Notes under the pieces: generated by a model
What the model was told of the DNA's origin: nothing
Database searches by the model: none
Seen by the model: the letters and a program-made list of their open reading frames with translations, nothing else
Translations under genes and position numbers: made by a program
NCBI GenBank assembly: GCA_046498225.1
Contig: JAWOBF010000061.1
Coordinates: forward strand, 1 to 64,000
DNA length: 64,000 bases
Origin: Candidatus Aegiribacteria sp.
GTDB taxonomy: Bacteria; Fermentibacterota; Fermentibacteria; Fermentibacterales; JCC-6
Direction of reading: 5' to 3'
Shown here: positions 17,302-27,583 of the stretch, one piece after another
How positions within the stretch are numbered: the stretch's first letter is position 1
Layout: each line of letters opens with the position of its first letter

Positions 17302-17883
17302 TCAGGACAGGAGCCCTGAGTGCTGCTTCGCTATAATGACCGACATTATCTTGAGGGTTTCCACCGGACCGCTTCCGCCGATGGCCACGGATTCAATTGA
17401 GGGCCATCCGTAGCGGTTCAGCAGCTGCTCCATCTCCTCCACCGATGCTATGGAGGGAAGGTCCCTCTTGTTGAACTGCAGTACCGAGGGCACGTCGGAT
17501 AGTTTCAGGCCGTAGGAATCCAGGTTGCTCTCCAGGTCCTCCATACTGTCGACGTTGGCGTCCATTCTCTCGGTCTGGCTGTCCGCGACGAAGATTATTC
17601 CGTCCACGCCATCAAGGATGACCTTTCTGCTCAGAGAGTAGTAGGCCTGTCCGGGAACCGAATAGAGGTGGAGCCTTACCCTGTCGTTCCCGATGGACGC
17701 GAAGTTGACGGGAAGGAAGTCGAAGAATACGGTCCGCTCTCCCCTGGTGCACAGCGTAACCAGTCTTCCCCTGTGTTCCGGGGCTATCAGATCCCGTATC
17801 CTCCTGAGATTCGTGGTCTTTCCCGAAAGACCGGGACCGTAGTAGACTATCTTGTAGGCAACTTCATTTACTGATCTGTGCAT
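17302..17883 (-). CDS. mglA: MglA-family small Ras-like GTPase (copy 1)
   Basis: KIVYYGPGLSGKTTNL, ERTVFFDFLP, YSVPGQ, FVADSQ, NKRDL. Confidence 0.93.
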   Translation of the reverse strand: MHRSVNEVAYKIVYYGPGLSGKTTNLRRIRDLIAPEHRGRLVTLCTRGERTVFFDFLPVNFASIGNDRVRLHLYSVPGQAYYSLSRKVILDGVDGIIFVADSQTERMDANVDSMEDLESNLDSYGLKLSDVPSVLQFNKRDLPSIASVEEMEQLLNRYGWPSIESVAIGGSGPVETLKIMSVIIAKQHSGLLS

Positions 17884-17912
17884 TTATCCCCGTTTCTCAA
17901 TGCTTCTGGAAC

Positions 17913-19262
17913 TCAGAGTATATAATTACCATCTTCTCTTCGATCAGCAAGGTCAAGAAGGATACTCTTCGCCGAGGTCCCGGATATGCTCACCGGACCC
18001 CTGACCAGATCGGGGGCTCCGAACAGCTGCTGGTCCAGCAGGTAGCTCAGTACCGGCCTGAGCCTTCTTGCGCCTATGTCGTCGGTCTCCTGGTTGAGAT
18101 GGCTGGCTACCCTGGCCACTTCACGGGAGGCCCCCCGGCTGAGCCTCAGTTTCACACCGTCCGCTTCCAGAAGCGACGTGTACTGCTTCAGAAGTGAATT
18201 CTCCGGTTCGGTGAGGATCCTTAAAAGGTCTTCCTCCGAAAGGGGATCCAGCTCCACCCTCATGGGAAACCTGCCCTGCAGCTCCGGAATGAGGTCGGAG
18301 GGGCTCGACCCGTTGAAGGCTCCCGCGGCTATGAACAGGATATGGTCCGTCACCACCGGACCGTACCTTGTCTGAACAGCGCAGCCCTCCACGATGGGAA
18401 GCAGGTCCCTCTGAACGCCGGCCCTGGAAACTTCCGGGCCCTTGCTCTCGCTGATCCCGATTATCTTGTCTATCTCGTCGATGAAGATGATACCCTCCTC
18501 CTGGGCCAGCGTCAGCCCCCTGGAAATGTGGTCGCTGCCCTCGAGGAGCCTGCCCATCTCCTCTTCTCGAAGCCTCTCCCTGGCCTCGGAGACCGGAAGC
18601 TCGGTCCGCTTCCTCCTGCCGCCCATCATCTTCTGCATGAGTTTCTTGAGGTTTTCTCCCGCGGCATTGTCGAAACCGGCGCCGGGCATCAGGGGCATTA
18701 TCTCCATGTTTGGAAGCTGGTCGGGAAGTATCATCTCCACCCTGGTGTCCTCCAGGGAACCGCTTTCCAGCATTCTCTTCAGTTCCGCGTCGGATATGGT
18801 TTCGTAACCGGAACTCTTCAGCGCTGCGACGAGTTTTCCCGTCACCGCCTGCTCGACATGCTCCGCCCGGTCCTTTCTTTCTCTCTCCGCTTCAATGTTC
18901 ACCGCCTGCCGCACCAGCGACCGCACCATGGATTCCACGTCCCTGCCCACGTATCCGGTTTCGGTGTACTTGGTGGCCTCAACCTTCACGAAGGGGGCGC
19001 CGGTGAGATTAGCCAGCCTTCTGGCTATCTCCGTCTTCCCTATGCCGGTGGGCCCCATCATTATCAGATTGCTGGGATATATCTCGGGCCTGATATCGTC
19101 CGGCGCCAGCCGACGCCGGTACCTGTTGCGAAGGGCTATGGCTACCGACCGCTTTGCAGCGGCCTGGCCAACCACATGGCGGTCAAGCCACTTCACTGTC
19201 TCCGACGGGGTGTAGTCTCCCTTGTCGTTCATCCGCGCGGGTTCCCTGTTCATATCAGCCAA
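17913..19262 (-). CDS. hslU: ATP-dependent protease ATPase subunit HslU
   Basis: GPTGIGKTEIARRLA, KVEATKY, GYVGRDVESM, FIDEIDKI, GVQRDLLP, ELQGRFP, C-terminal YIL; exact start uncertain. Confidence 0.97.
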   Translation of the reverse strand: MADMNREPARMNDKGDYTPSETVKWLDRHVVGQAAAKRSVAIALRNRYRRRLAPDDIRPEIYPSNLIMMGPTGIGKTEIARRLANLTGAPFVKVEATKYTETGYVGRDVESMVRSLVRQAVNIEAERERKDRAEHVEQAVTGKLVAALKSSGYETISDAELKRMLESGSLEDTRVEMILPDQLPNMEIMPLMPGAGFDNAAGENLKKLMQKMMGGRRKRTELPVSEARERLREEEMGRLLEGSDHISRGLTLAQEEGIIFIDEIDKIIGISESKGPEVSRAGVQRDLLPIVEGCAVQTRYGPVVTDHILFIAAGAFNGSSPSDLIPELQGRFPMRVELDPLSEEDLLRILTEPENSLLKQYTSLLEADGVKLRLSRGASREVARVASHLNQETDDIGARRLRPVLSYLLDQQLFGAPDLVRGPVSISGTSAKSILLDLADRREDGNYIL

Positions 19263-19794
19263 GCTCCTCCAGCTGTATGTCGCCTCCGGTGTAGATGCAT
19301 ATTCCGGAGGCTATCCTGATGCTCTCGAACGCGATCCTGGCCGGTCCCATCCTGGTGTGCCCGTCCAGGGCCCGCGCAGCGGCGATGGCGTATGGATGAC
19401 CTGAACCTACAGCCACTATTCCATCTTCCGCCTCGACTATCTCGCCGGAGCCGCCTATGAGCAGGGCATGGTCGCGGTCCACCGCGGCCAGCAGTGCTTC
19501 CAGCTCCCTCAGGTACTTGTCGGCCCGCCATTCGCGGGCAAGGTCAACCGCCGCCCTGGGAAGGTTGCCCCTGGCTGTCTCCAGTTTCTCCTCCAGCCTC
19601 TCCACCAGGGCGAAGGCGTCGGCGCCGGTTCCGGAGAATCCCACCAGGACGGTGTCGGAATAGAGCCTTCTTATTTTCCTGGCGGTGCTCTTCAGGACGG
19701 TATCCCCCAGGGTGACCTGGCCGTCCGCCGCCATGGCGGCCTTTCCATCCCTGACTATGCCCACTACGGTGGTCGACCGCAGTTCTGCCGTCAT
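19255..19794 (-). CDS. hslV: ATP-dependent protease subunit HslV
   Basis: Propeptide then TTVVG (catalytic Thr), ADGQVT, WRADKYLR, GSG, ICIYT; ATG 19794 overlaps upstream stop. Confidence 0.96.
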   Translation of the reverse strand: MTAELRSTTVVGIVRDGKAAMAADGQVTLGDTVLKSTARKIRRLYSDTVLVGFSGTGADAFALVERLEEKLETARGNLPRAAVDLAREWRADKYLRELEALLAAVDRDHALLIGGSGEIVEAEDGIVAVGSGHPYAIAAARALDGHTRMGPARIAFESIRIASGICIYTGGDIQLEELG

Positions 19795-22700
19795 TGGTCG
19801 CCCTCCAGCAGGTTGACCCAGGAATAGTCGCCCATACCCCTGCCGGGGTCGGGTACACCCGCGGCGTAGGCCTCCGGGTCCTCCAGGACCCGAGCCAGTG
19901 CGGAGGCCGACATGACTTCGCTCCGGTAGAGAGCGGCGTACATCATGCCGGGCCTTCCGCCCTTCGCCGCCATCCAGGCCAGGGCCTCCGGCGATACCCT
20001 GTTGCTCTCCGTGCGGAACCATCTTGTCCACGATACGGTCTCCTCGACAGGATCGTTCAGTATCCTCAGGGCCAGGTTTTCCACCACGCTGGCCTCCTGC
20101 GGGTCTTCCATGCTTCGGGAAAGAACGATACCCGAAGCGGCGGCCGATATCAGATGGCTCCGGGAGGAGAGCCTCAACATCTCTTCCATGATCCTGCCCG
20201 CTGTGGCCTGTTCATTCAGGTCCAGCCCGGAGACCGAGGATGGCTCCATGGATTCGAAGAGTATGGAAAGGCCCGTGTCCCGAATATTGATCCTGTATCC
20301 CAGCGGAGAGCTGTTCAGTATGGCGGCAAGGGAGGAATCCGCCATGGCCGCCAGGCCGGCGTAGGCCGGGTCCGCGCCGGGGTCCATCTCCTCCACTATC
20401 CTCCAGGCGCCTATGTAGTCGGAGAACAGGAGAGCGACCTCCACCCGCAGCCAGGCGAAGGCGGGGGAACCGTCGTCCAGGCTGTCGAAGAGCTGCCTGT
20501 ACTCCAGCTCCTGCCGGTAGCCCAGGGTATTATCCGTGCCGGTCGCCAGGCTGGAGAGGTTCAGCGCCAGTCCCGCCAGTTCCTGGCTGTCCAGTCTCCT
20601 GGCGTTGTCCAGTGTCCGGTCGGCGATGGCCTGCAGTGTATCCGAGGCGGCAGCGGGACCGTGCATCCCGTCCACCAGTCTGGCGACTATCATGGCCCTG
20701 CGGGGAAGGACTTCGGCCCAGGCGTCGGGAAGGGTGGTGAAAAGCTCCTCCGACCTGTCGAGTACCATCTGGACGCTGTCCGGCCGGCCTCTGTCGATGT
20801 AGTGGTAGGCCAGTCTGTGATAGGCGGAAACGTAGTTCTTCAGCAGCTGCACCGCCTGGTCGCACTTGAATACGGATGGGTCCTCCACCCCGGTGAACCG
20901 GTAGTTTTCCATCAGCTCCCATCCCCTGGAGCCGTTGACGGCGTCCACCACCGGCCTGTCGGTCACTCGGAAAGCGATTCCCTCCATCATGTGGTAGGGT
21001 TCGAGGTACTGTCTGCTCTCCGTCGCCACGGTTCCGGCGAAGTATATCTCCCTGCCGTGGATCGGCCTGTTCTTTATCATGTTCAGGAGCACCAGGTCCT
21101 GCATGCTCAGCACTCCCTGGCTGGACAGACCTTCGATTGGAATGGCCACGGCCATGGAGCCGTGGGTTACGGCCCACGGCCAGGGCTGGTCGAAGGTGGT
21201 CCTGAGTATCTCGCCGTCCACCGGCGAATACTCGGGCATTCCGTACCTCTCCACGTGGAAGTGATGGGGGCCCCAGATATACACAGGCCGAAGCCGGTGT
21301 ACAAGTCCGTGGTCGTCGAAATCCAGGAGCAGAGAATCCCTGTCCACCAGCTGCTGCACGTACCAGTTGGTGTTCATAAGGCTGAGGTTGCTGACAATCA
21401 CGTCCCTGCGGACCCCCAGCACACCCTGGGCGAACCACAGGGGGAAGGTGTCGTTGTCGCCGTTGGTTATCAGAACGGCGTTCTCCGGGACGCTCTCCAG
21501 CAGATTTATGCCGTAGTCGTGGGCGAAGTAGGAATTCGACCGGTCGCACCTGTGATGGTTCGCGGTGAACATCAGAAGAGGAATGGCAAGAGTGGCCCAC
21601 GCCAGCCTGGACTTCTCGGACAGGAAGTCCCTGAAGACGGATACCAGGCCTATTCCGGAGAATATGGCGAACAGGGCGAAGGAGGCTCCGAAGAAGTAGT
21701 CCCTCTCCCTCACCTCCCCGGCCGGGGTTCCCTCCAGGCCTGTCTTGAAATTCAGTATGAAGAATATGAACAGTATGGATGACATCAGGAACAGAAAACC
21801 GAGGTATAGAAGCAGTTTCGGCCTCCTCATTCCCAGCACCACCAGTCCGTATATCGCCCCGAACAGGAGAATTATGCGCATCAGCATGGCCGCCGCCGGC
21901 CCGCCGGTGTCGCCCAGCAGCCGGTCCCATCCGCTGTCCACCCTTCCGGGCTGCCATGAGAGGTACTTCAGGTAGAGCCTGAGCTGGTGGTGGAAGGGCC
22001 CCTTCCGGTCCAGAATGGACGTCCTTCCGTACTGGTCCCTGGTGAACGCCTTCTCGAAGTTCTCCCATCTGCTTGAGTCGGTCTCGTTCACCTCCGGGTC
22101 CTGAACCGCCCGAATGGGCATGTACAGGTGAATGCTGAATGCCAGCACAACGAGGCCGAGTATGGTCAGTATGAACCAGGAGCGCTTCCAGATGTCGGTC
22201 TTCTTCCTGAAGGCGTAAATAATGTACATCAGGAGTATGGGGGGGCCGGTGACCAGCGGTACGCTGCCGTGGTTGGCAACCGCGAGTATTATCAGGTAGG
22301 AAATCAGAAGAAGGTACCTGGCCTCCCCCCAGCCGCCGTGGTCCTTCCACCCCTTCCTGTGCTTCCTCTCCGCGTACCTCTCTATCCAGCAGTCGAAGGA
22401 CCACATTATTATGAAAGTCAGCAGGAGGGCTGTGGCGTAGGTCTCCGTGGCGTTGCTGTTGCGCCATATTGAGTAGCTGAAGGTCGCTGTCAGTCCCGAC
22501 AGCACCGACATCGGCCTGTACCAGGCGGAAGTGAAGCCCATCCTCCTTCCCCACCGCTGCACGAGACGGACCAGGAGGCCGATGGTGGCGGCCCCGGCAA
22601 GGGCGCACATCAGGTTGACCCTGCTGGCCACTCCCGGCAGGAAGGAGAACACGATGGTGCTGAAGCGGCCGAGAAGAACGAACAGCGGGACGCCGGGCGG

Positions 22701-22868
22701 GTGCGGGACCCCCGCGGTCCAGGATGCGGTTATGTACTCACCGCTGTCCCAGAAGCTGACGCTGGGCGCCAGTGTCAGAACGTAAGTGAGGAGCGCTGCG
22801 AGGGCCACTGCGACCGCTATGGCCCTGTCGGTTCGAACACTTCTTGATTCAAGCTTCTTGTCAGTCAC
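19791..22868 (-). CDS. DUF2723/TMEM260-like GT-C membrane glycosyltransferase with long helical C-terminus
   Basis: APSVSFWDSGEYI, GVPHPPGVP, EVRERDYFF, NGDNDTFPLW, NLSLMNTNWY; GTG start overlaps xerC stop. Confidence 0.88.
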   Translation of the reverse strand: MTDKKLESRSVRTDRAIAVAVALAALLTYVLTLAPSVSFWDSGEYITASWTAGVPHPPGVPLFVLLGRFSTIVFSFLPGVASRVNLMCALAGAATIGLLVRLVQRWGRRMGFTSAWYRPMSVLSGLTATFSYSIWRNSNATETYATALLLTFIIMWSFDCWIERYAERKHRKGWKDHGGWGEARYLLLISYLIILAVANHGSVPLVTGPPILLMYIIYAFRKKTDIWKRSWFILTILGLVVLAFSIHLYMPIRAVQDPEVNETDSSRWENFEKAFTRDQYGRTSILDRKGPFHHQLRLYLKYLSWQPGRVDSGWDRLLGDTGGPAAAMLMRIILLFGAIYGLVVLGMRRPKLLLYLGFLFLMSSILFIFFILNFKTGLEGTPAGEVRERDYFFGASFALFAIFSGIGLVSVFRDFLSEKSRLAWATLAIPLLMFTANHHRCDRSNSYFAHDYGINLLESVPENAVLITNGDNDTFPLWFAQGVLGVRRDVIVSNLSLMNTNWYVQQLVDRDSLLLDFDDHGLVHRLRPVYIWGPHHFHVERYGMPEYSPVDGEILRTTFDQPWPWAVTHGSMAVAIPIEGLSSQGVLSMQDLVLLNMIKNRPIHGREIYFAGTVATESRQYLEPYHMMEGIAFRVTDRPVVDAVNGSRGWELMENYRFTGVEDPSVFKCDQAVQLLKNYVSAYHRLAYHYIDRGRPDSVQMVLDRSEELFTTLPDAWAEVLPRRAMIVARLVDGMHGPAAASDTLQAIADRTLDNARRLDSQELAGLALNLSSLATGTDNTLGYRQELEYRQLFDSLDDGSPAFAWLRVEVALLFSDYIGAWRIVEEMDPGADPAYAGLAAMADSSLAAILNSSPLGYRINIRDTGLSILFESMEPSSVSGLDLNEQATAGRIMEEMLRLSSRSHLISAAASGIVLSRSMEDPQEASVVENLALRILNDPVEETVSWTRWFRTESNRVSPEALAWMAAKGGRPGMMYAALYRSEVMSASALARVLEDPEAYAAGVPDPGRGMGDYSWVNLLEGDQ

Positions 22869-23767
22869 TCTTTCCCCCTGGGATGTGCTTTGTTGTAGGC
22901 CTCTCTAAGCCGTTCCATCGTGAGATGAGTATATATCTGTGTAGTGGAGAGACTGCTGTGGCCCAGCATGTCCTGTACCGCCCTGAGGTCGGCCCCGTTG
23001 TCAAGAAGATGGGTCGCGAAACTGTGCCGGAACGTATGCGGTGTGGCACCCGCGGCCCTGGCAGCCTTTCTCACTCCGCATGCAACAATACGCCGGATAT
23101 CCCTGGGGTCAAGCTTGCGTCCTCTGACACTGACGAAAACAGTCCCGGGATCGGCTGCCCCCTCGGGGACCAGTTCCACCCTTCTCTCCATCCATCTGTC
23201 CAGTGAACGGCAGGTTGGTTCCGGCAGGGGAACTATTCTCTCCCTGTTGCCCTTTCCGGTGACCGAAACCTGCCTTTCGGCCGTATCCAGCCCGGAAAGG
23301 GTCACCGAAACCGTTTCCGCCGCCCTCAGCCCGGCGCCGTAGAGTATCTCCACGATGGCCCGGTTCCGTATGCCCAGTACGGTGGAGAGATCGTAGCTTT
23401 CCATCACCTGTCTCACCTCCGCCACGCTCAGGAAACCCGGCAGACGCCTGGAACTCTTCGGCATCGCTACCAGCCTGGCGGGGTTGCGGCCGGCCCGCCG
23501 GGTCTCCAGCAGCCAGTTGCCGAAGGTCCGCAGGGTCGAGAGTTCGCGGGAGAGGGAGGCGGAATCCATGCCCCTTGAGGTCTCCCTTCTGAGGAAACCC
23601 CTTATCTCGTTGACGGTGAACCCTGAAAGGAGATCTTCCGAATGCTGGTATTCAAGAAACCTGCGCAGGTCGGCCCTGTACGCCCGAATGGTGTTCTCCG
23701 AGAATTTCCTTCCGTGCCTGAGGTCGCTGCAGAAATCCTCTATCAGTTCTCGATCTTCTTCTTGCAT
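22865..23767 (-). CDS. xerC: Tyrosine recombinase XerC
   Basis: Catalytic R (GLRAAE), K (GKG), HTFRHSFATH, LGH and TQIY; topA-xerC-hslVU context. Confidence 0.92.
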   Translation of the reverse strand: MQEEDRELIEDFCSDLRHGRKFSENTIRAYRADLRRFLEYQHSEDLLSGFTVNEIRGFLRRETSRGMDSASLSRELSTLRTFGNWLLETRRAGRNPARLVAMPKSSRRLPGFLSVAEVRQVMESYDLSTVLGIRNRAIVEILYGAGLRAAETVSVTLSGLDTAERQVSVTGKGNRERIVPLPEPTCRSLDRWMERRVELVPEGAADPGTVFVSVRGRKLDPRDIRRIVACGVRKAARAAGATPHTFRHSFATHLLDNGADLRAVQDMLGHSSLSTTQIYTHLTMERLREAYNKAHPRGKE

Positions 23768-25947
23768 CCGGGACACCAGATACCTTTCCTCTTCTCCTCC
23801 AGCACCGGAAAACCGCACCGCGGGCAGGTCCTGGCCACAGGTCTGTTCCATAGAGCGTACCTGCATGAGGGGTACCTGCTGCAGCCGTAGAATGTCCTTC
23901 CCTTTCTGGTCCTCTTTTCCACCAGCTCTCCTCCGCACCCCTCCTCCGGACAGGGAACACCGGTGGGGACCGACTCCGTATGCTTGCATCCGGGATGGTT
24001 CTCGCAGCCGAGGTATCGGCCGTACCTGCCGGACTTGACCAGCAGCTTTCCTCCGCAGAGAGGGCAGGTCCTTCCGGATAACTCCGTCTCCCCCTCCTCC
24101 TCCAGCGGGGTCGAGTACCTGCATTTCGGAAATGCCGTACATGCTTTGAACTTTCCGTACTTTCCCCAGCGTATGACCATGGGAGCGCCGCATTCGGGGC
24201 ACTGCTCCCCCGTTTCCTCGAAGAGCTGCTCCTTTAAGCTGTCAGTGCTCCTCATCGCATCCTTCAGCGATGATTCCAGAGGAACGCTGAGCTGCTCCAG
24301 GACACCCGAGTAGGTTTCATCCCCTCCGGCTATGGAATCCAGAAGGTCCTCCATCCTGGCGGTGAATCCAACCTCGAATATGTGGGGGAACATCTTCACC
24401 AGTATCCTCACGGTGGTGGTCCCCAGTTCGGTTGGTTTCAGGAACCTTCCCTCCTTTTCCACGTAATCTCTCTGCCTTATGGTCTTTATGGTGCTGACAT
24501 AGGTGGAGGGCCTTCCTATGCCCGCCTTCTTCATCTCGGATACCAGCCTCGCCTCCGTGAACCTTGCGGGCGGGGCCGTGAACTTCTGCTCCTTCCGGAG
24601 GTCCACCAGGGACACTCCCCCCTTCCTGAGTTCGGGAAGGCTGTCCGATGTCCTGACGAAGGCCGGATCGACCCTGGAGAACCCGGGCTGGATGAGTTCC
24701 TCCCCGGAGGCGGTCATCTCGAGTTCCCCCGCGGTGACGGTAACTGCGGTGGTCCGGACCCTCGCGTCCCGAACCTGCGTCGCTACGAAACGATTCCATA
24801 TCAGCCGGTAGAGGGACAGCTGGGCGGAAGACAGATGTGGTTTGAGGCTGTCCGGCGTCAGATCGACATTCACCGGCCTGATGGCCTCGTGGGCATCCTG
24901 GGAGCCCTTGGAACTCCTGTACCTCCTTACCCCGGGAGCGAGCATTTCCTCCCCGTATTCCCTCTTCACGAACTCCCTGCAGCTGTTGAGGCTGTCCGGG
25001 CTCATCCGGACCGAATCCGTACGCATGTACGTTATCAGGCCCGTCCTCTCCCCTTTGCCGATGGAGATACCCTCGTAAAGCTGCTGGGCCAGGGACATGG
25101 TCCTTCCCGGTGAATACGAGAGCCTGCTGGAAGCGGCCTGCTGAAGGGTGCTGGTGATGAAGGGAGGGGGCGGTTTCACCGATCTTTCCCTGGACCTTAT
25201 GGAGGAGATCTCCCATTTATCGGACAGTTCATTCATCCTGAGGGAAACGGCTTCGGCCTCCTTCTCGCTGCAGGGGGGTTTTCCCGGTTTGCAGCAGGGT
25301 TTTCCGTCCATCCGGGTCAGGGTCGCGGCGAACTCCCCCTTTCCCTGGCGCACAAGGGCTTCCATGACCCAGTATTCCACGGGGACGAAGGCTGTTATGT
25401 CGTCCTCCCGTTCCTGGATCATTCTCAGGGCCACCGACTGAACCCTTCCGGCGCTCTTTCCCTTTCCCATTATCCTCTGCAGCCAGGACGAGACCTTGTA
25501 GCCCACAAGCCTGTCCATAACCCTTCTTGCCTGCTGGGCGTCGACCAGCTGCATGTCTATCATGCTGGGTTTCTTAAGAGAACGGAGGACCGTCTCCCTG
25601 GTTATTGCGTTGAACCGGAGCCTCTTGAAAGTGACCCCCTTCCTCTCCAGTATCTGTGAGAGGTGCCAGCAGATAGCCTCTCCCTCCCTGTCGGGGTCCG
25701 CGGCGAGGTATATCCTGGAGAAGTTGCGTGACTTCTTCTTGAGGTCTTCCACAGTTTTGCGTTTCTCCGGCAGGATGGTATACGAAGGTTTGAAGCCGTT
25801 TTCCTCGTCCACGCCCATGTAGTTCCGCGGCAGGTCCCTGACGTGGCCGTTCGAGGCTGTTATCTCGTATTCGTCACCCAGGTAGCCCCTGAGGCTGCGG
25901 GCCTTGGCCGGTGACTCCAGTATTACCAGATACTCTTTCTTGCTCAT
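23743..25947 (-). CDS. topA: DNA topoisomerase I (type IA) with C-terminal zinc ribbons
   Basis: ESPAKA, DPDREGE, SAGRVQ, ITYMRTD (catalytic Tyr), QDAHEAIRP, GIGRPSTY, C4 zinc ribbons. Confidence 0.97.
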   Translation of the reverse strand: MSKKEYLVILESPAKARSLRGYLGDEYEITASNGHVRDLPRNYMGVDEENGFKPSYTILPEKRKTVEDLKKKSRNFSRIYLAADPDREGEAICWHLSQILERKGVTFKRLRFNAITRETVLRSLKKPSMIDMQLVDAQQARRVMDRLVGYKVSSWLQRIMGKGKSAGRVQSVALRMIQEREDDITAFVPVEYWVMEALVRQGKGEFAATLTRMDGKPCCKPGKPPCSEKEAEAVSLRMNELSDKWEISSIRSRERSVKPPPPFITSTLQQAASSRLSYSPGRTMSLAQQLYEGISIGKGERTGLITYMRTDSVRMSPDSLNSCREFVKREYGEEMLAPGVRRYRSSKGSQDAHEAIRPVNVDLTPDSLKPHLSSAQLSLYRLIWNRFVATQVRDARVRTTAVTVTAGELEMTASGEELIQPGFSRVDPAFVRTSDSLPELRKGGVSLVDLRKEQKFTAPPARFTEARLVSEMKKAGIGRPSTYVSTIKTIRQRDYVEKEGRFLKPTELGTTTVRILVKMFPHIFEVGFTARMEDLLDSIAGGDETYSGVLEQLSVPLESSLKDAMRSTDSLKEQLFEETGEQCPECGAPMVIRWGKYGKFKACTAFPKCRYSTPLEEEGETELSGRTCPLCGGKLLVKSGRYGRYLGCENHPGCKHTESVPTGVPCPEEGCGGELVEKRTRKGRTFYGCSRYPSCRYALWNRPVARTCPRCGFPVLEEKRKGIWCPGCKKKIEN

Positions 25948-26013
25948 TGCTCTCTCATGTCTGGTGATCGGTGGGAATTCGCCCGACCGGGACTCTCCCG
26001 GCGGGGAGTGTGA

Positions 26014-27582
26014 TCAGTCTGTATCCGTCATCCACTGGAAGACGCTGCCGGTAACCAGTTCCGACGTTTCGGGGATCACCGCCTGTCTCCTCTGGAGGTA
26101 GTAGGGGCTGGGGGATGTGGCCAGTACCCTGAAACTGTCGGAGATGAAGGAGAACATGTTAGGTGCGTAGTACTGGTTCTCGCGGTAGTAGAGAACCATC
26201 TGGTCGACTATCGTGGAATCCAGCAGCAGGCCTATTCCGCCGATCAGGGCGGCCCTCTTCTCCGCCGGCTCGGGATGGAGTATGGACATCACCAGTATAT
26301 CGTACCCGTCCTCCGTTCGAATGAGGGAAAATCTCTCCATCTCTATGGAATGGAATGCCGAGAGCTGTCCCAGCGGTTCTGCGAGGAACTGAAGGGATTC
26401 GGAAAGAACCTCCACTTCCCGGACCGGGGAATCCGTGAGGCCCCTGGGAACCTGGTAGTCATCCGTGGCCAGTGAATCCGGCAGCGTGAGGCTCCTCAGT
26501 GATATGAAAACGGGGGGAGGCAACGAATCCGCAACCAGAGAGTCGGAGGCGGTCTCCCCGGTCCCGGTCGTATCGGGGCCGGCTATCCCGCTCTCCTGTC
26601 CCTCACCGGCGGAAGACGTATCCGGGAGCGCCGCCGGCACTGCACCGGCATCCTGTTCTGACCCGCCGAAAATATCAAAGGGATCAAGGAGCAGGAAGAC
26701 TGCCAGCAGGGCGACCAGGACTGTTATGGCAATCAGCGTCGGAGATAGACCGGGGAATCGTCCGGAGCTGCCGGACTTCCTTCTCGCCGGAGCTGAAGGC
26801 CGCTCCCTGGCGGGAATCTCCCGAGCCGTCTCCTCCGGTGGTTTTCTCTCGGGCACCGAATCAAGTGGACGGTCCACCGTTCTGCCCAGGGAGGCGCACT
26901 TTTCGCAGACGTGTTCCTTCCTGTCGTAGCATCCGGCGCAGGTGAGTTCTCCGCATGTTGTGCAGGGAACCAGTTTCTCCCCGGTAGTGGGTGTCCTTCC
27001 GCAGATGTGGCATCTCTGCACGGTAAGGACCTCCTCCGCGGCTGAAGTGACCACGAGGGGTTCGTCATCATCGGAAGCGGAAGCCCCCGAAACGAAATCG
27101 TCGTCCATGAGCGAACTCGGAGAATCAACTATGTCGCCCAGGCCGTCATTCCGGCCTTCCCCGTCCGGCAGGACGGTTCGCTCCTCCCTCCCCTCCGCCG
27201 GGTACTCGTCATCCGTTCCAGAATATATTCCCTGCTGCAGGGAATCCTCCTCCTCCTCCTCCTCCTCCGGCTCTTCCTCCTCAGGCGGCGCGGGCGGAGG
27301 CGTTGTGTCCGCCACCGGGGCTTTTTTCCCGGTTTCTTCCGCGGGTGTCTTGTAGTACTTGGGCAGAAGGTCGACGAAAGGGTACATCCTGTCCTGAAGT
27401 ATTCTGCCCTGCTCCATCTCGACGTTCTCTCTGAGAATGACCGGGGAATTCTCCACCTTTTCGGTGGCCTCCTCCGTACTCATGCCAAGCTCGCTGACCA
27501 GCAGGTCGATGACCTTCTGCTTCTCGTCATCCCTGCTGAGCCTGACCAGGAGGAGGTCAACCATTCTGCCTTCTTCGTTCAA
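26014..27582 (-). CDS. Bitopic membrane protein: L7/L12-CTD-like domain, acidic linker, Cys8 zinc finger, TM helix, periplasmic domain
   Basis: KQKVIDLLVSELGMSTEEATEKVENSPVILRENV; CxxC-x12-CxxC-x4-CxxC-x7-CxxC; TM LIAITVLVALLAVFLLL; start TTG 27582 or ATG 27564. Confidence 0.7.
   Translation of the reverse strand: MNEEGRMVDLLLVRLSRDDEKQKVIDLLVSELGMSTEEATEKVENSPVILRENVEMEQGRILQDRMYPFVDLLPKYYKTPAEETGKKAPVADTTPPPAPPEEEEPEEEEEEEDSLQQGIYSGTDDEYPAEGREERTVLPDGEGRNDGLGDIVDSPSSLMDDDFVSGASASDDDEPLVVTSAAEEVLTVQRCHICGRTPTTGEKLVPCTTCGELTCAGCYDRKEHVCEKCASLGRTVDRPLDSVPERKPPEETAREIPARERPSAPARRKSGSSGRFPGLSPTLIAITVLVALLAVFLLLDPFDIFGGSEQDAGAVPAALPDTSSAGEGQESGIAGPDTTGTGETASDSLVADSLPPPVFISLRSLTLPDSLATDDYQVPRGLTDSPVREVEVLSESLQFLAEPLGQLSAFHSIEMERFSLIRTEDGYDILVMSILHPEPAEKRAALIGGIGLLLDSTIVDQMVLYYRENQYYAPNMFSFISDSFRVLATSPSPYYLQRRQAVIPETSELVTGSVFQWMTDTD
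27245..27268. repeat. (TCC)8 trinucleotide run encoding a poly-Glu linker
   Basis: Read directly from the sequence; lies within the 26014..27582 CDS. Confidence 0.85.
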
Positions 27583-27583
27583 T

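Noticed and set aside
19794..22608. Long alternative ORFs (662 aa on plus, 692 aa in another minus frame) over the DUF2723 gene
   Set aside because: Shadow ORFs typical of high-GC coding DNA, with biased composition and no family motifs.
14118..23767. Tyrosine recombinase and tRNA as a possible integrative element
   Set aside because: The recombinase is XerC in its usual topA/hslVU context, no duplicated tRNA 3' end (att site) was seen, and the intervening genes are core genes.
27245..27268. (TCC)8 run as a phase-variation switch
   Set aside because: A triplet repeat in a disordered linker; length changes would keep the frame.
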